Positions 20,424 to 29,563 of a stretch of 64,000 bases of DNA are shown here, in pieces. The position numbers and the translations under genes were made by a program. The notes beneath the pieces were generated by a model. It searched no databases. It was not told where the DNA came from and saw nothing but the letters and a program-made list of their open reading frames with translations. The DNA comes from an uncultured Eubacteriales bacterium (lineage in GTDB: Bacteria; Bacillota; Clostridia; Oscillospirales; Oscillospiraceae). The stretch covers positions 3,099 through 67,098 of the forward strand of contig URST01000001.1 in assembly GCA_900550585.1 (NCBI GenBank), written 5' to 3'. Each line of letters begins with the position of its first letter. Position 1 is the first letter of the stretch.

Positions 20424-21673
20424 GCCTGCGCCTCCTCTACCACGAATGTCACCGTATCCGCGCCGCCGGGGATGGCGGCGGGGTCAATGGGAAAGCTCTC
20501 CATCTCGCCGGGGGTCAGGATACGCTTGGGGATGCGCTTGAGCAGCGCCTCCCCGGCGTAGGCGCACAGCGCCGCGTTCCGGTAGGGCTGCCCCACCCGG
20601 AACCGGACGGTGACCGGCCCGCCGTCCCGGTGCAGGGACTGGGGCACGGTGTAGCGCACGCCGTTCTTCCCCTCCAGCCGGACGACCTCGCCGCCGCCCG
20701 CGCCCTCCAGCACGAACCGTGCGGCGCTGCGTCCCGCTGCCGCCGCCTCCTGGGACACGAAGTCCACCAGATCGTGGACGTGCAGCACGTTGCCGCAGGC
20801 GAACACGCCGGGCAGGGAGGTGGCCAGCGCCTCGTCCACCACCGGCCCGCCGGTAACGGCGTCCAGCGCCGCGCCGGCCTGCCGGGTCAGCTCGTTCTCC
20901 GGCAGCAGGCCCACGCTGAGCAGCAGCGTGTCGCAGGGGATGTACCGCTCCGTGCCGGGGATGGGCAGGCGTTTGTCGTCCACCTGCGCCAGCGTCACGC
21001 CGTTCAGGTGCTCCTGCCCGTGGATCTCCACCACCGTGGTGGACAGGTACAGCGGGATGCCGAAATCGTCCAGACACTGAACGATATTGCGCTTCAGACC
21101 GCCGGAATAGGGCATGACCTCCGCCACGGCCTTGACCTCCGCACCCTCCAGCGTCATACGCCGGGCCATGATCAGCCCGATGTCGCCGGAGCCCAGGATC
21201 ACCACCTGCCGCCCGGGGAGGTATCCCTCCATATTCACCATGCGCTGGGCCGTGCCTGCCGACCAGATGCCGGCGGGCCGGGTGCCTGCGATGTTTAGCG
21301 CGCCGCGGGGCCGCTCCCGGCAGCCCATGGCCAGCACCACCGCCTGCGCCCTGATCTGCTGCAATCCCACGCCGCGCCCCGTAACGGTCAGCACCCGCTC
21401 CGGTGAGATGTCCAGCACCATGCAGTCCGTCCACGCGGGGATGCCCCGCTCCGTCACGGCGTCGATATACCGCTGGGCGTACTCGGGGCCGGTCAGCTCC
21501 TGATGGAACGTGTGCAGCCCGAAGCCCGCGTGGATGCACTGGTTCAGGATGCCGCCCAGCTCGCCGCTGCGCTCCAGAATGAGGATGTCCCGCAGCCCCG
21601 CGTCATAGGCGGCGGCTGCCGCGGCCAGCCCGGCGGGGCCGCCGCCCACGATGGCCAGCTGTACTGTTTTCAT
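20420..21673 (-). CDS. NAD(P)/FAD-dependent pyridine nucleotide-disulfide oxidoreductase
   Basis: Start MKTVQLAIVGGGPAG (ATG 21673, AGGAGG RBS); GGILNQCIH, GSGDIGLIMARR, GNVLHVHDLVD. Confidence 0.88.
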   Translation of the reverse strand: MKTVQLAIVGGGPAGLAAAAAAYDAGLRDILILERSGELGGILNQCIHAGFGLHTFHQELTGPEYAQRYIDAVTERGIPAWTDCMVLDISPERVLTVTGRGVGLQQIRAQAVVLAMGCRERPRGALNIAGTRPAGIWSAGTAQRMVNMEGYLPGRQVVILGSGDIGLIMARRMTLEGAEVKAVAEVMPYSGGLKRNIVQCLDDFGIPLYLSTTVVEIHGQEHLNGVTLAQVDDKRLPIPGTERYIPCDTLLLSVGLLPENELTRQAGAALDAVTGGPVVDEALATSLPGVFACGNVLHVHDLVDFVSQEAAAAGRSAARFVLEGAGGGEVVRLEGKNGVRYTVPQSLHRDGGPVTVRFRVGQPYRNAALCAYAGEALLKRIPKRILTPGEMESFPIDPAAIPGGADTVTFVVEEAQA

Positions 21674-23106
21674 GAGAGCACCTCCTTGGTGCGGCCCGTC
21701 AGCAGACGGCTGTCGCCGCCGCCCTTTGTCAGTTCCGCCATGGGCACGCCCAGCTCCTCGTGGAGCAGCTCCAGCACCCGGGGCGTGCAGAACCCGCCCT
21801 GGCACCGGCCCATACCGGCCCGCACCCGCCGCTTCACGCCGTCCAGCGACCGCGCGCCCCGGCGGATGGCCTCCCGGATCTCGCCCTCCGTGATCTGCTC
21901 GCACCGGCAGACCACCGTGGCGTAGGCCGGGTCCTTTTCGATCAGCGCCTGCCGCGCCGCAAGATCCATCTCCCGGGGCCGGGGGATGTCCCGCCGCTCC
22001 GGGAGGAAGTCGTCCTTTTTCGCCGCGCCCAGCTTTTCCGCCGCCAGCCCGGCCAGATACCGGCCAATGGCCGGTGCGGAGGACAGGCCCGGCGACTCGA
22101 TGCCCACGGCCTCGAAAAAGCCGTCGGCGCTCTCGCCCACGATAAAGTCGTCGTCCCCGCCGTCCAGATGGGCGCGCAGCCCGGCGAAGCTGGTGATGAC
22201 ATCCCGCATGGGGAGATCCGGCACGCTGCGGGCCGCCGTCTCCGTCACCCGCCGCAGGCCCGCCGCCGTGGTGGCGGTGCAGTCTTTATCGTTCTGATCC
22301 TCCGCCGTGGGGCCCACCAGCAGGTTGCCGTGGACGGTGGGGGACACCAGCACGCCCTTGCCCATGGCGGAGGGCAGCTGGAAAATGGTGTGCTGCACCA
22401 GCTCGCCGTCCCGCCGGTCCAGCAGGCAGTACTCGCCCCGCCGGGGCACGATGGACAGCTTCGTCTCACACAGCTGGTCGTGGAGCACATCACCGTGGAC
22501 GCCGGCGGCAGAGATGACCACCCGGCTCTCCAGCACGCCCTGGCTGGTCTCCAGCAGGAAATGGCCGTCCTCCCGGCGGATGTGCCGCACCTCCGCGTCA
22601 AAGCGGAACTCGCAGCCGTTGGCGGCAGCGTTCTCCGCCAGCGCGATGGTCATGCCGAAGGGGCAGATAATGGCGCTGGTGGGGGCGTACAGCGCGGCCG
22701 CCGCCTCCGGCGACACCCGCGGCTCCTGCCGCCGCAGCGCCTCCCGGTCCAGCACCGCCAGTCCCTCCACGCCGTTCTGCTCACCCCGGCGCTTCAGTTC
22801 CTCCAGACGGGGGATGTCCGTCTCATCGAAGCACAGCACCAGCGCGCCGCACCGGCGGTAGGGGAAGTCCAGCTGCCGGGACAGCGCCTCCATCATCCGG
22901 GAGCCCTCCACGTTGAACCGGGCCTTGGCCGAGCCTGCCGGCGCGTCGAATCCGGCGTGGCAGATGGCGGAGTTGGCCTTGCTGGTGCCCACGCACACGT
23001 CCTCGCCCCGCTCCACAAGACAGATGCGCAGGCGATAGCGGCTGAGCCAGCGGGCCACGGCGCAGCCCACGGCGCCGCCGCCTACGATCACGGCATCATA
23101 CATCAT
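21670..23106 (-). CDS. FAD-dependent oxidoreductase (GlpA/LhgO-like) with C-terminal BFD-like [2Fe-2S] domain
   Basis: GGGAVG, TSKANSAICHAG, CRCE...GRCQGGFC. Confidence 0.88.
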   Translation of the reverse strand: MMYDAVIVGGGAVGCAVARWLSRYRLRICLVERGEDVCVGTSKANSAICHAGFDAPAGSAKARFNVEGSRMMEALSRQLDFPYRRCGALVLCFDETDIPRLEELKRRGEQNGVEGLAVLDREALRRQEPRVSPEAAAALYAPTSAIICPFGMTIALAENAAANGCEFRFDAEVRHIRREDGHFLLETSQGVLESRVVISAAGVHGDVLHDQLCETKLSIVPRRGEYCLLDRRDGELVQHTIFQLPSAMGKGVLVSPTVHGNLLVGPTAEDQNDKDCTATTAAGLRRVTETAARSVPDLPMRDVITSFAGLRAHLDGGDDDFIVGESADGFFEAVGIESPGLSSAPAIGRYLAGLAAEKLGAAKKDDFLPERRDIPRPREMDLAARQALIEKDPAYATVVCRCEQITEGEIREAIRRGARSLDGVKRRVRAGMGRCQGGFCTPRVLELLHEELGVPMAELTKGGGDSRLLTGRTKEVLS

Positions 23107-23215
23107 CAAAACCTCTTTTCCAAAGGGCGGCGCGGGCCGCCCGCAGTATGCATACAACATTATAAAATAGCAATCGACGCCCGTCTTGTCAAGTCGACAA
23201 CACCCGGCAGAAATC

Positions 23216-23260
23216 TTAACACGGATTTAACGACTTCTTAACAGAGGGATGTGCTACAAT
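23216..23260 (+). promoter_or_regulatory. Three TTAAC direct repeats at 11-bp spacing plus an extended -10 (OmpR/PhoB-type site)
   Basis: TTAAC at 23216, 23227 and 23238; TGCTACAAT at 23252-23260. Confidence 0.6.
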
Positions 23261-23293
23261 AACACCATGCATATAAAGAAAGGGGGCGGCGGC

Positions 23294-24418
23294 GTGGACA
23301 GGAAAGCCTATCTGGCCAAGCTCCGCAGCCAGAACAAGCGGGAGCGGGCTTTTGCCAGCCTGGGGCTGACGTGCTCCGGCCGGGACCTGGCCATTGCCTT
23401 CGGACTGTATCTGGCGGCGGTGGTGCTGTGTCTGTTGCTGCGGAACATCGACCTGCACCAGGACACCACCTATGTGGCGGTGATCTTCCTGCTGGATGTG
23501 TTCCTGACAGCCTACTGGACCAACGGCTATGTGCTGGGCATCATCACCGCTGTGGCCGGCGTGTTCAGCGTGGACTACATCTTCACCTATCCCTACTGGC
23601 ACATCAGCTTCACCCTCACCGGCTTTCCGCTGACGTTCCTGGTCATGATGACCATCTCCGTGCTGACGGCGGCCGTCACCAGCCGCGCCAAGCAGACGGA
23701 GGCCGCCCGCCGTGAGGCGGAGAAGGAGAAGATGTACGCCGATCTGCTGCGGGCCGTGTCCCACGACATCCGCACGCCGCTGACCGGCATCGTGGGCGCC
23801 ACCAATGTTCTGCTGGAGCAGGATGTTGAGCTGACGAAGGGGCAGCGGCTCCAGCTGCTGCGCTCCACCAACGAGGACGCCCAGTGGCTCATCCGCATCG
23901 TGGAGAACCTGCTGTCCATCACCCGCATCAACGCCGAGGAGGCCCGGGTGAAAAAGGCGCCGGAGGCGGCGGAGGAGGTCATCGGCAGCGCCGTGGCCAA
24001 GACCCACAAGCACTATCCTGATGTGGACGTGCGGGTATCCGTGCCGGACGAGCTGATGCTGGTGCCCATGGACCCGCTGCTCATCGAGCAGGTGTTGGTG
24101 AACCTCATGGAAAACGCGGTGATCCACGGCGGCACCAGCCGTATCGACATCACGCTGACGCAGCAGGGGGACGACGCGGTGTTTACCGTGTCCGACAACG
24201 GCAGCGGCATTCCGCTCCACCTTCTTGGCAAGTTATTTGACGGGGCGGCCCGCAGTGACCGCACCAGCGACGGCAAGCGCAGCATGGGCATCGGCCTGTC
24301 TGTGTGCCGCACGGTGGTGCACGCCCACGGCGGGACGATCCGGGGAGAGAATAAAAAAGACGGCGGCGCATGCTTCACCGTGACGCTGCCCATGAAAGGA
24401 GACGACTATGAAGATTAA
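23294..24418 (+). CDS. Short KdpD-like membrane sensor histidine kinase (DUF4118-type TM region)
   Basis: Four TM helices, AVSHDIRTPLTGI H-box, NLMENA, DNGSG, GIGLSVC; GTG start inferred from RBS. Confidence 0.88.
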   Translation: MDRKAYLAKLRSQNKRERAFASLGLTCSGRDLAIAFGLYLAAVVLCLLLRNIDLHQDTTYVAVIFLLDVFLTAYWTNGYVLGIITAVAGVFSVDYIFTYPYWHISFTLTGFPLTFLVMMTISVLTAAVTSRAKQTEAARREAEKEKMYADLLRAVSHDIRTPLTGIVGATNVLLEQDVELTKGQRLQLLRSTNEDAQWLIRIVENLLSITRINAEEARVKKAPEAAEEVIGSAVAKTHKHYPDVDVRVSVPDELMLVPMDPLLIEQVLVNLMENAVIHGGTSRIDITLTQQGDDAVFTVSDNGSGIPLHLLGKLFDGAARSDRTSDGKRSMGIGLSVCRTVVHAHGGTIRGENKKDGGACFTVTLPMKGDDYED

Positions 24419-25115
24419 AGACAAGGTACTGATCGTGGAGGATGAGCAGTCCATCAGCAACTTTATCTCCATGATCCTCACAGCCAACGGGTACGACACC
24501 ATCATCGTCCGCAGCGGGGAGGAGGCTCTGACCATGATCGCCTCCCACTGTCCGGATCTGATCGTGCTGGACCTGGGTCTGCCGGACATGGACGGCATGG
24601 AAGTACTGAAGTCCGTCCGCAAGTGGTCGAACCTGCCGGTCGTGGTGGTCTCCGCCCGCAATCATGAGCACGACAAGGTGGAGGCGCTGGACTACGGCGC
24701 CGACGACTATCTGGTCAAGCCCTTCGGCACCTCCGAGCTGCTGGCCCGCATCCGCACGGCCATCCGCCACACCCGCACCACCCTGTCCAACACCCAGATC
24801 GCCCAGTCTGGCAAGTTCGTCACCGGCGACCTGACCATCGACTATGACAAGCACCAGGTGCTGATGAACGGCCAGAACGCCGGCCTCACCGTCAACGAAT
24901 ACAAGATCGTGGCCCTGCTGGGCAAGTACGCCGGCAAGGTGCTGACCTACGATTTCATCATCCGGGAGCTGTGGGGCCCCAAGGCCAAGACGGACAACCA
25001 GATCCTCCGGGTGAATATGGCCAACATCCGCCGCAAGATCGAGCCGACCCCCGGCAACCCCCAGTACATCTTCACCGAGGTGGGTGTGGGCTACCGCATG
25101 CGGGAGGGCGACTGA
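24408..25115 (+). CDS. KdpE-like OmpR-family response regulator
   Basis: VEDE, LDLGLPDMDG, GADDYLVKPF, LRVNMANIRRKIE, TEVGVGYR. Confidence 0.92.
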   Translation: MKIKDKVLIVEDEQSISNFISMILTANGYDTIIVRSGEEALTMIASHCPDLIVLDLGLPDMDGMEVLKSVRKWSNLPVVVVSARNHEHDKVEALDYGADDYLVKPFGTSELLARIRTAIRHTRTTLSNTQIAQSGKFVTGDLTIDYDKHQVLMNGQNAGLTVNEYKIVALLGKYAGKVLTYDFIIRELWGPKAKTDNQILRVNMANIRRKIEPTPGNPQYIFTEVGVGYRMREGD

Positions 25116-25132
25116 ACCCTATACATATCCAT

Positions 25133-25172
25133 AAAAAAGCGCCCCGCTAAAGAGCGTTGACATAAGAAAACA
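25133..25172. other. attL junction of the ICE
   Basis: Host half-terminator aaaaaagcgccccgc + TAA + agagcgt + inverted repeat tgacataagaaaaca (25158-25172). Confidence 0.8.
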
Positions 25173-25250
25173 AGCAAGAATCCAATAAAATCAACGCTTT
25201 TAAGGGCAGTGGGCAAACAGGTTAGCTCAAAAATTGAATAACCAAGCGAC

Positions 25251-25284
25251 AAAAGGGATGTTACCGCAAGGCAGCATCCCTTTT
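25251..25284 (+). terminator. ICE left-end terminator 1
   Basis: aaaagggatgttacc-gcaa-ggcagcatccctttt. Confidence 0.7.
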
Positions 25285-25294
25285 CGCATCCCGC

Positions 25295-25333
25295 AACGCC
25301 GCAGATTTTGAAAGAAGTCTGCGGCGTTTTTTT
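25295..25333 (+). terminator. ICE left-end terminator 2
   Basis: aacgccgcagatttt-gaaa-gaagtctgcggcg followed by T7. Confidence 0.8.
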
Positions 25334-25365
25334 CTGCCCAAATCCAGAAAGGAGGCGCAGCCGGA

Positions 25366-25578
25366 TTGTACTTTATGAGCGGTAAAAGCCGCGCATTTGA
25401 AATGCTCATGCAGGGAAAGCCCGGATTTGACCGGTACGAGAACGGCTGCACCGAACATGAGGACTGTAACACCTGCCACTTCTACCGTCCGCACTGGAAA
25501 TATCGGTTTTGTGTATATGCCGAGTGTCCGTATGAACCGGGCAGACAAACCGCAATCCGGCGCAGCAAGGCAGAGTGA
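25366..25578 (+). CDS. Small Cys-rich ICE protein
   Basis: AGGAGG RBS; DCNTCHFY...FCVYAECPY putative metal-binding motif. Confidence 0.6.
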   Translation: MYFMSGKSRAFEMLMQGKPGFDRYENGCTEHEDCNTCHFYRPHWKYRFCVYAECPYEPGRQTAIRRSKAE

Positions 25579-25598
25579 GCGAAAGGAGATGATAACCT

Positions 25599-26591
25599 AT
25601 GGCAGTATTTCGGGTGGAAAAAAACAGCGGCTACACCGTTATGTCCAATCACCACCTACGCAATCAGGAGCTTTCCCTAAAAGCAAAGGGGCTGCTGTCC
25701 CAAATGCTGTCCCTGCCGGATAACTGGGACTACACGCTGAAAGGTCTGTCCCTTATCAACCGGGAAAAGATCGACGCGATCCGGGAGGCAATACGGGAGC
25801 TGGAAAGAGCCGGATATATTGTCCGCAGCCGGGAACGCGACGAAAAAGGACGCTTGCGCGGCGCAGATTATATAATCTATGAGTTTCCCAAAAAGCCAGT
25901 ATCGGATTTACCTACATTGGAAAATCCAACATTGGATAATCCAACGCAGGAAAATCCTACGTTGGAAAACCCTACGTTGGAAAATCCAACGCAATTAAAT
26001 AAAGATATATTAAGAACTGACTTATCAAAAAAAGAAAGATCAATTACAGATCTATCAAGTACCGATTCCATTCCTATCCTTTCCCCTTACCCCTCCCCTT
26101 TGAGCGTGGACGGGGAACAAGCGGCTGCGCCGCCGGAACGGAAGCGAAAGGAAACGGCAGCCAGCGAAAATGAAGCATATAGGATTTACCGGGAGATTAT
26201 CTGCGATAACATCGAATACGACATCCTTTTGCAGGATAAGCGCATTGACCGTGACCGCCTGGACGAGATCGTGGACATTATTCTGGAAACGGTATGCAGT
26301 TCCCGCAAGAAGATCCGCATTGCCGGAGACGACTATCCGGCAGAGCTGGTAAAAAGCAAGTTTATGAAGCTGAACAGCAGCCATATCGAGTTTGTCTTTG
26401 ACTGTCTGCGGGAGAACACCACTAAGATCCGCAACATCCGGCAATATCTCCGGGCGGTGCTGTTTAATGCCCCCAGCACTATTGACAGCTACTATACTGC
26501 CCTTGTTGCGCACGATATGGCACAGCCGGATTGGGGCAAGCCCAAAAGCAGCATCCCGGATTACAGCTATGAGGGAGCAGACAGCCTATGA
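25599..26591 (+). CDS. Replication initiator-like protein (N-terminal wHTH, C-terminal DUF6017-like)
   Basis: MAVFRVEK..YTVMSNHHLR..LSLKAKGLLS; internal PTLEN repeats; KIRNIRQYL..LFNAP. Confidence 0.8.
   Translation: MAVFRVEKNSGYTVMSNHHLRNQELSLKAKGLLSQMLSLPDNWDYTLKGLSLINREKIDAIREAIRELERAGYIVRSRERDEKGRLRGADYIIYEFPKKPVSDLPTLENPTLDNPTQENPTLENPTLENPTQLNKDILRTDLSKKERSITDLSSTDSIPILSPYPSPLSVDGEQAAAPPERKRKETAASENEAYRIYREIICDNIEYDILLQDKRIDRDRLDEIVDIILETVCSSRKKIRIAGDDYPAELVKSKFMKLNSSHIEFVFDCLRENTTKIRNIRQYLRAVLFNAPSTIDSYYTALVAHDMAQPDWGKPKSSIPDYSYEGADSL
25896..26000 (+). repeat. Tandem 15-bp repeats (iteron-like) inside the rep gene
   Basis: Six to seven units of cc(t/a)ac(a/g)ttggaaaat followed by an AT-rich stretch. 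Confidence 0.75.
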
Positions 26592-26661
26592 GGATTTGCC
26601 TGTATCAGCGGGTGCATCCACCTTAGAGAGGCACCTGTAAAGCTGCGAAAGGAGGTACATT

Positions 26662-27126
26662 TTGCAGGAAGAAGTTACAAGTAAGACCATTGCACTTGCA
26701 ATTAAGACGGCAAAGCTGGACGGAAAGGTGCTGCAAGCAGCACTGCGACAGTTCATGCAGCTTTACCGCAAGAAACGGGATACGCCCCACCGTGGCAAAC
26801 AAACGTTGAAACAGCTTATGCGTCACGGCACCGGCGTTTCCAATATCGAAATCACCGACGCGAATATCAAAGCCTTTTCCCAAACTGCCAAAAAGTACGG
26901 CGTTGACTTTGCACTGAAAAAAACAGATGACCGCTACCTTGTGTTCTTCAAGGGCAGAGATGCAGATGTGCTGACCGCAGCGTTCCGCGAGTTCTCTGCA
27001 AAGAAACTGGACATGGAGCGCAAGCCGTCTGTACGAAGGGATATTGGCGAGAAAAAAGCCGAAGCTGCAAAACGGACGGCAGCACGGGATACGGTGAAGA
27101 AAATGGACAGGGGGATTGATCGATGA
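26662..27126 (+). CDS. PcfB family (DUF3801) conjugation protein
   Basis: GKQTLKQL, KKYGVDFALKK, YLVFFKGRDAD; precedes virD4. Confidence 0.85.
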   Translation: MQEEVTSKTIALAIKTAKLDGKVLQAALRQFMQLYRKKRDTPHRGKQTLKQLMRHGTGVSNIEITDANIKAFSQTAKKYGVDFALKKTDDRYLVFFKGRDADVLTAAFREFSAKKLDMERKPSVRRDIGEKKAEAAKRTAARDTVKKMDRGIDR

Positions 27127-28934
27127 AGCCGGAAGTGAAAAAACTGATTCTGTTAAATCTCCCGTATCTGTTGTTTGTATATCTGTTTGGGAAGGTCGGA
27201 CAGGCGTTCCGGCTGGCACAGGGTATCGATCTATCCGCAAAGCTGCTGCATATCGGGCAGGGCTTTACCGCAGCCTTTTCCAATGCCGCGCCAAGCTTTC
27301 ACCCCATCGATCTGCTAATCGGCATTGCTGGTGCGGTGATTATCCGGCTGGTGGTCTATTCCAAGCAGAAAAACGCCAAGAAGTACCGCAAGGGTATGGA
27401 ATACGGCACGGCACGTTGGGGTACGCCCGCCGACATCAAGCCCTTTATCGACCCGGTGTTTGAAAACAATGTGCTGCTGACACAGACCGAACGGTTGATG
27501 ATGTCCAACCGTCCGAAGGATCCGAAGAACGCGAGAAACAAGAATATCCTTGTCATAGGGGGCAGCGGTTCGGGAAAGACCCGCTTCTTCGCCAAACCCA
27601 ACATCATGCAGCTTCACAGCTCCTATGTGATCACTGACCCGAAAGGCAGCCTGATTTGCGAGGTAGGACAGCTTTTACAAAGGGCAAAGTACCGGATCAA
27701 GGTGCTGAATACCATCAACTTTTCCAAGAGTATGCACTACAACCCCTTTGCCTATCTGCGCAGCGAAAAAGACATTTTGAAGCTGGTCAATACGATTATC
27801 GTCAATACCAAGGGTGAGGGCGCACAGAGCGCCGAGGATTTCTGGGTGAAGTCGGAACGCCTTTTCTATTCGGCGCTGATTGGATATATTTTCTACGAAG
27901 CGCCGGAGGAAGAAAAGAACTTTACCACCATGCTTGACATGATCAATGCCAGCGAAGCAAAGGAGGATGACAGCGAGTTTCAAAGCCCCGTTGACCTCAT
28001 GTTTGCCCGGCTGGAAGAAAAAGATCCGGAGCATTTTGCGGTACGGCAGTATAAGAAGTTCCTGCTGAGTGCCGGAAAGACCCGTGCCTCGATCCTTGTC
28101 AGTTGCGGTGCAAGGCTTGCTCCCTTTGATATTCGGGAACTGCGGGAGTTGATGGAATATGACGAAATGGAACTGGACACGCTGGGCGACAGAAAGACCG
28201 CCCTGTTCCTCATCATGAGTGATACAGATTCGACCTTTAATTTTGTCATTGCCATTTTGCAAGCCCAGCTATTTAACCTGTTATGTGACAAGGCCGATGA
28301 TGTGTACGGCGGCAGGCTGCCCGTTCACGTCCGCTGCATATTGGACGAGTTTGCCAACATCGGGCAGATCCCGCAGTTTGACAAACTCATTGCTACTATC
28401 CGAAGCCGTGAAATATCGGCTTCTATTATTTTGCAGTCGCAGAGCCAGCTAAAGGCGATCTATCGGGACAATGCCGATACCATAGTGGGCAACTGCGATA
28501 CCATGCTGTTTTTAGGCGGTAAGGAGAAAACCACGCTCAAAGAGATCTCGGAGATTTTAGGGAAAGAAACGATTGACAGTTTCAACACCAGCGAGAATCG
28601 GGGCAAGGAAATCTCCCACGGCTTAAATTATCAAAAACTCGGAAAGGAGCTGATGACACAGGACGAAATCGCAACGATGGACGGAGGAATGTGTATTTTG
28701 CAGGTGCGCGGCATCAGACCGTTTTTCTCCAAGAAATACGATATTACAAAGCACCCGAATTATAAATACCTTTCCGACGCCGACAAGAAAAATGCCTTTG
28801 ATGTTGAGAGATACATCCGGGCGCAGAGAAAGAAGAAACGCACCCCTGCGGTGGTAGAGCCGGAGGAACCGTTTGACTTTTACGACATTGATTTGTCGGA
28901 TATGAATATGGCCGCAGAAGAAAGCGGCGAATGA
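27123..28934 (+). CDS. virD4: Type IV coupling protein VirD4/TraG
   Basis: N-terminal TMs, YGTARWG, GGSGSGKT, TDPKG, LDEFANIG. Confidence 0.95.
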   Translation: MKPEVKKLILLNLPYLLFVYLFGKVGQAFRLAQGIDLSAKLLHIGQGFTAAFSNAAPSFHPIDLLIGIAGAVIIRLVVYSKQKNAKKYRKGMEYGTARWGTPADIKPFIDPVFENNVLLTQTERLMMSNRPKDPKNARNKNILVIGGSGSGKTRFFAKPNIMQLHSSYVITDPKGSLICEVGQLLQRAKYRIKVLNTINFSKSMHYNPFAYLRSEKDILKLVNTIIVNTKGEGAQSAEDFWVKSERLFYSALIGYIFYEAPEEEKNFTTMLDMINASEAKEDDSEFQSPVDLMFARLEEKDPEHFAVRQYKKFLLSAGKTRASILVSCGARLAPFDIRELRELMEYDEMELDTLGDRKTALFLIMSDTDSTFNFVIAILQAQLFNLLCDKADDVYGGRLPVHVRCILDEFANIGQIPQFDKLIATIRSREISASIILQSQSQLKAIYRDNADTIVGNCDTMLFLGGKEKTTLKEISEILGKETIDSFNTSENRGKEISHGLNYQKLGKELMTQDEIATMDGGMCILQVRGIRPFFSKKYDITKHPNYKYLSDADKKNAFDVERYIRAQRKKKRTPAVVEPEEPFDFYDIDLSDMNMAAEESGE

Positions 28935-29266
28935 AAGGAGCAGCTATGGAACGCTCGAATTATGAGGCTTTTATGGATTGTCTGAACCCGATGATCACGA
29001 TCACCCGCGCTATCCTCTGCGGTGTAGTGCTGTGGGAGAAGATACAGGAGTGCGATGCTCTGGGTATCCCCTATACGGAAATTGACACGGAGGAAGCTGC
29101 GCGTGAAGTGGATCGACGGCTTGCAATGGAACGAGAGTATCTGTATGTCCTTGCCCTAAAAGAATGGGCGGAAGCAGACCTGTCCAGCCGGACAATCAAA
29201 ACGGACGAAGCAGCCGCCGACAAGGGCGGCTGTACTACTGACCAAACACAAATCAATTCTGAATAA
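28931..29266 (+). CDS. Hypothetical protein inserted between virD4 and the pilin-like gene
   Basis: ORF fills the gap; ATGA overlap or AAGGAG-preceded ATG at 28946. Confidence 0.55.
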   Translation: MKGAAMERSNYEAFMDCLNPMITITRAILCGVVLWEKIQECDALGIPYTEIDTEEAAREVDRRLAMEREYLYVLALKEWAEADLSSRTIKTDEAAADKGGCTTDQTQINSE

Positions 29267-29278
29267 TGGAGGTAATTT

Positions 29279-29494
29279 ATGGATTTCTTTAACAGCGCAG
29301 TTGACGTATTGCAGACACTCGTGATCGCTCTCGGTGCCGGTCTTGGCATCTGGGGTGTCATCAACCTTTTGGAGGGCTACGGCTCGGACAATCCCGGCGC
29401 TAAGAGCCAGGGCATGAAGCAGCTCATGGCTGGCGGCGGTGTCGCCCTCATCGGTCTGATCCTTGTACCTTTGCTCTCTGGCCTGTTCGGTTAA
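29279..29494 (+). CDS. Maff2 family small membrane protein (VirB2-like)
   Basis: MDFFNSAVDVLQTLVIALGAGLGIWGVINLLEGYG..NPGAKSQGMKQLMAGGG. Confidence 0.9.
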   Translation: MDFFNSAVDVLQTLVIALGAGLGIWGVINLLEGYGSDNPGAKSQGMKQLMAGGGVALIGLILVPLLSGLFG

Positions 29495-29563
29495 TTTGCC
29501 CGTATCAATCTTTCGCGCCCGTCCGTGTAAAGCGGGCGGGCGCGGGAAAGGAGGTGCTGCCAT

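Noticed and set aside
16384..23241. Several 500-aa plus-strand ORFs opposite murT, mnmG and the oxidoreductases
   Set aside because: Antisense to clear housekeeping genes, with low-complexity translations
23294..25115. Assignment as a true kdpDE potassium system
   Set aside because: The kinase lacks the KdpD/Usp N-terminal region and no kdpFABC is present, so gene symbols were withheld
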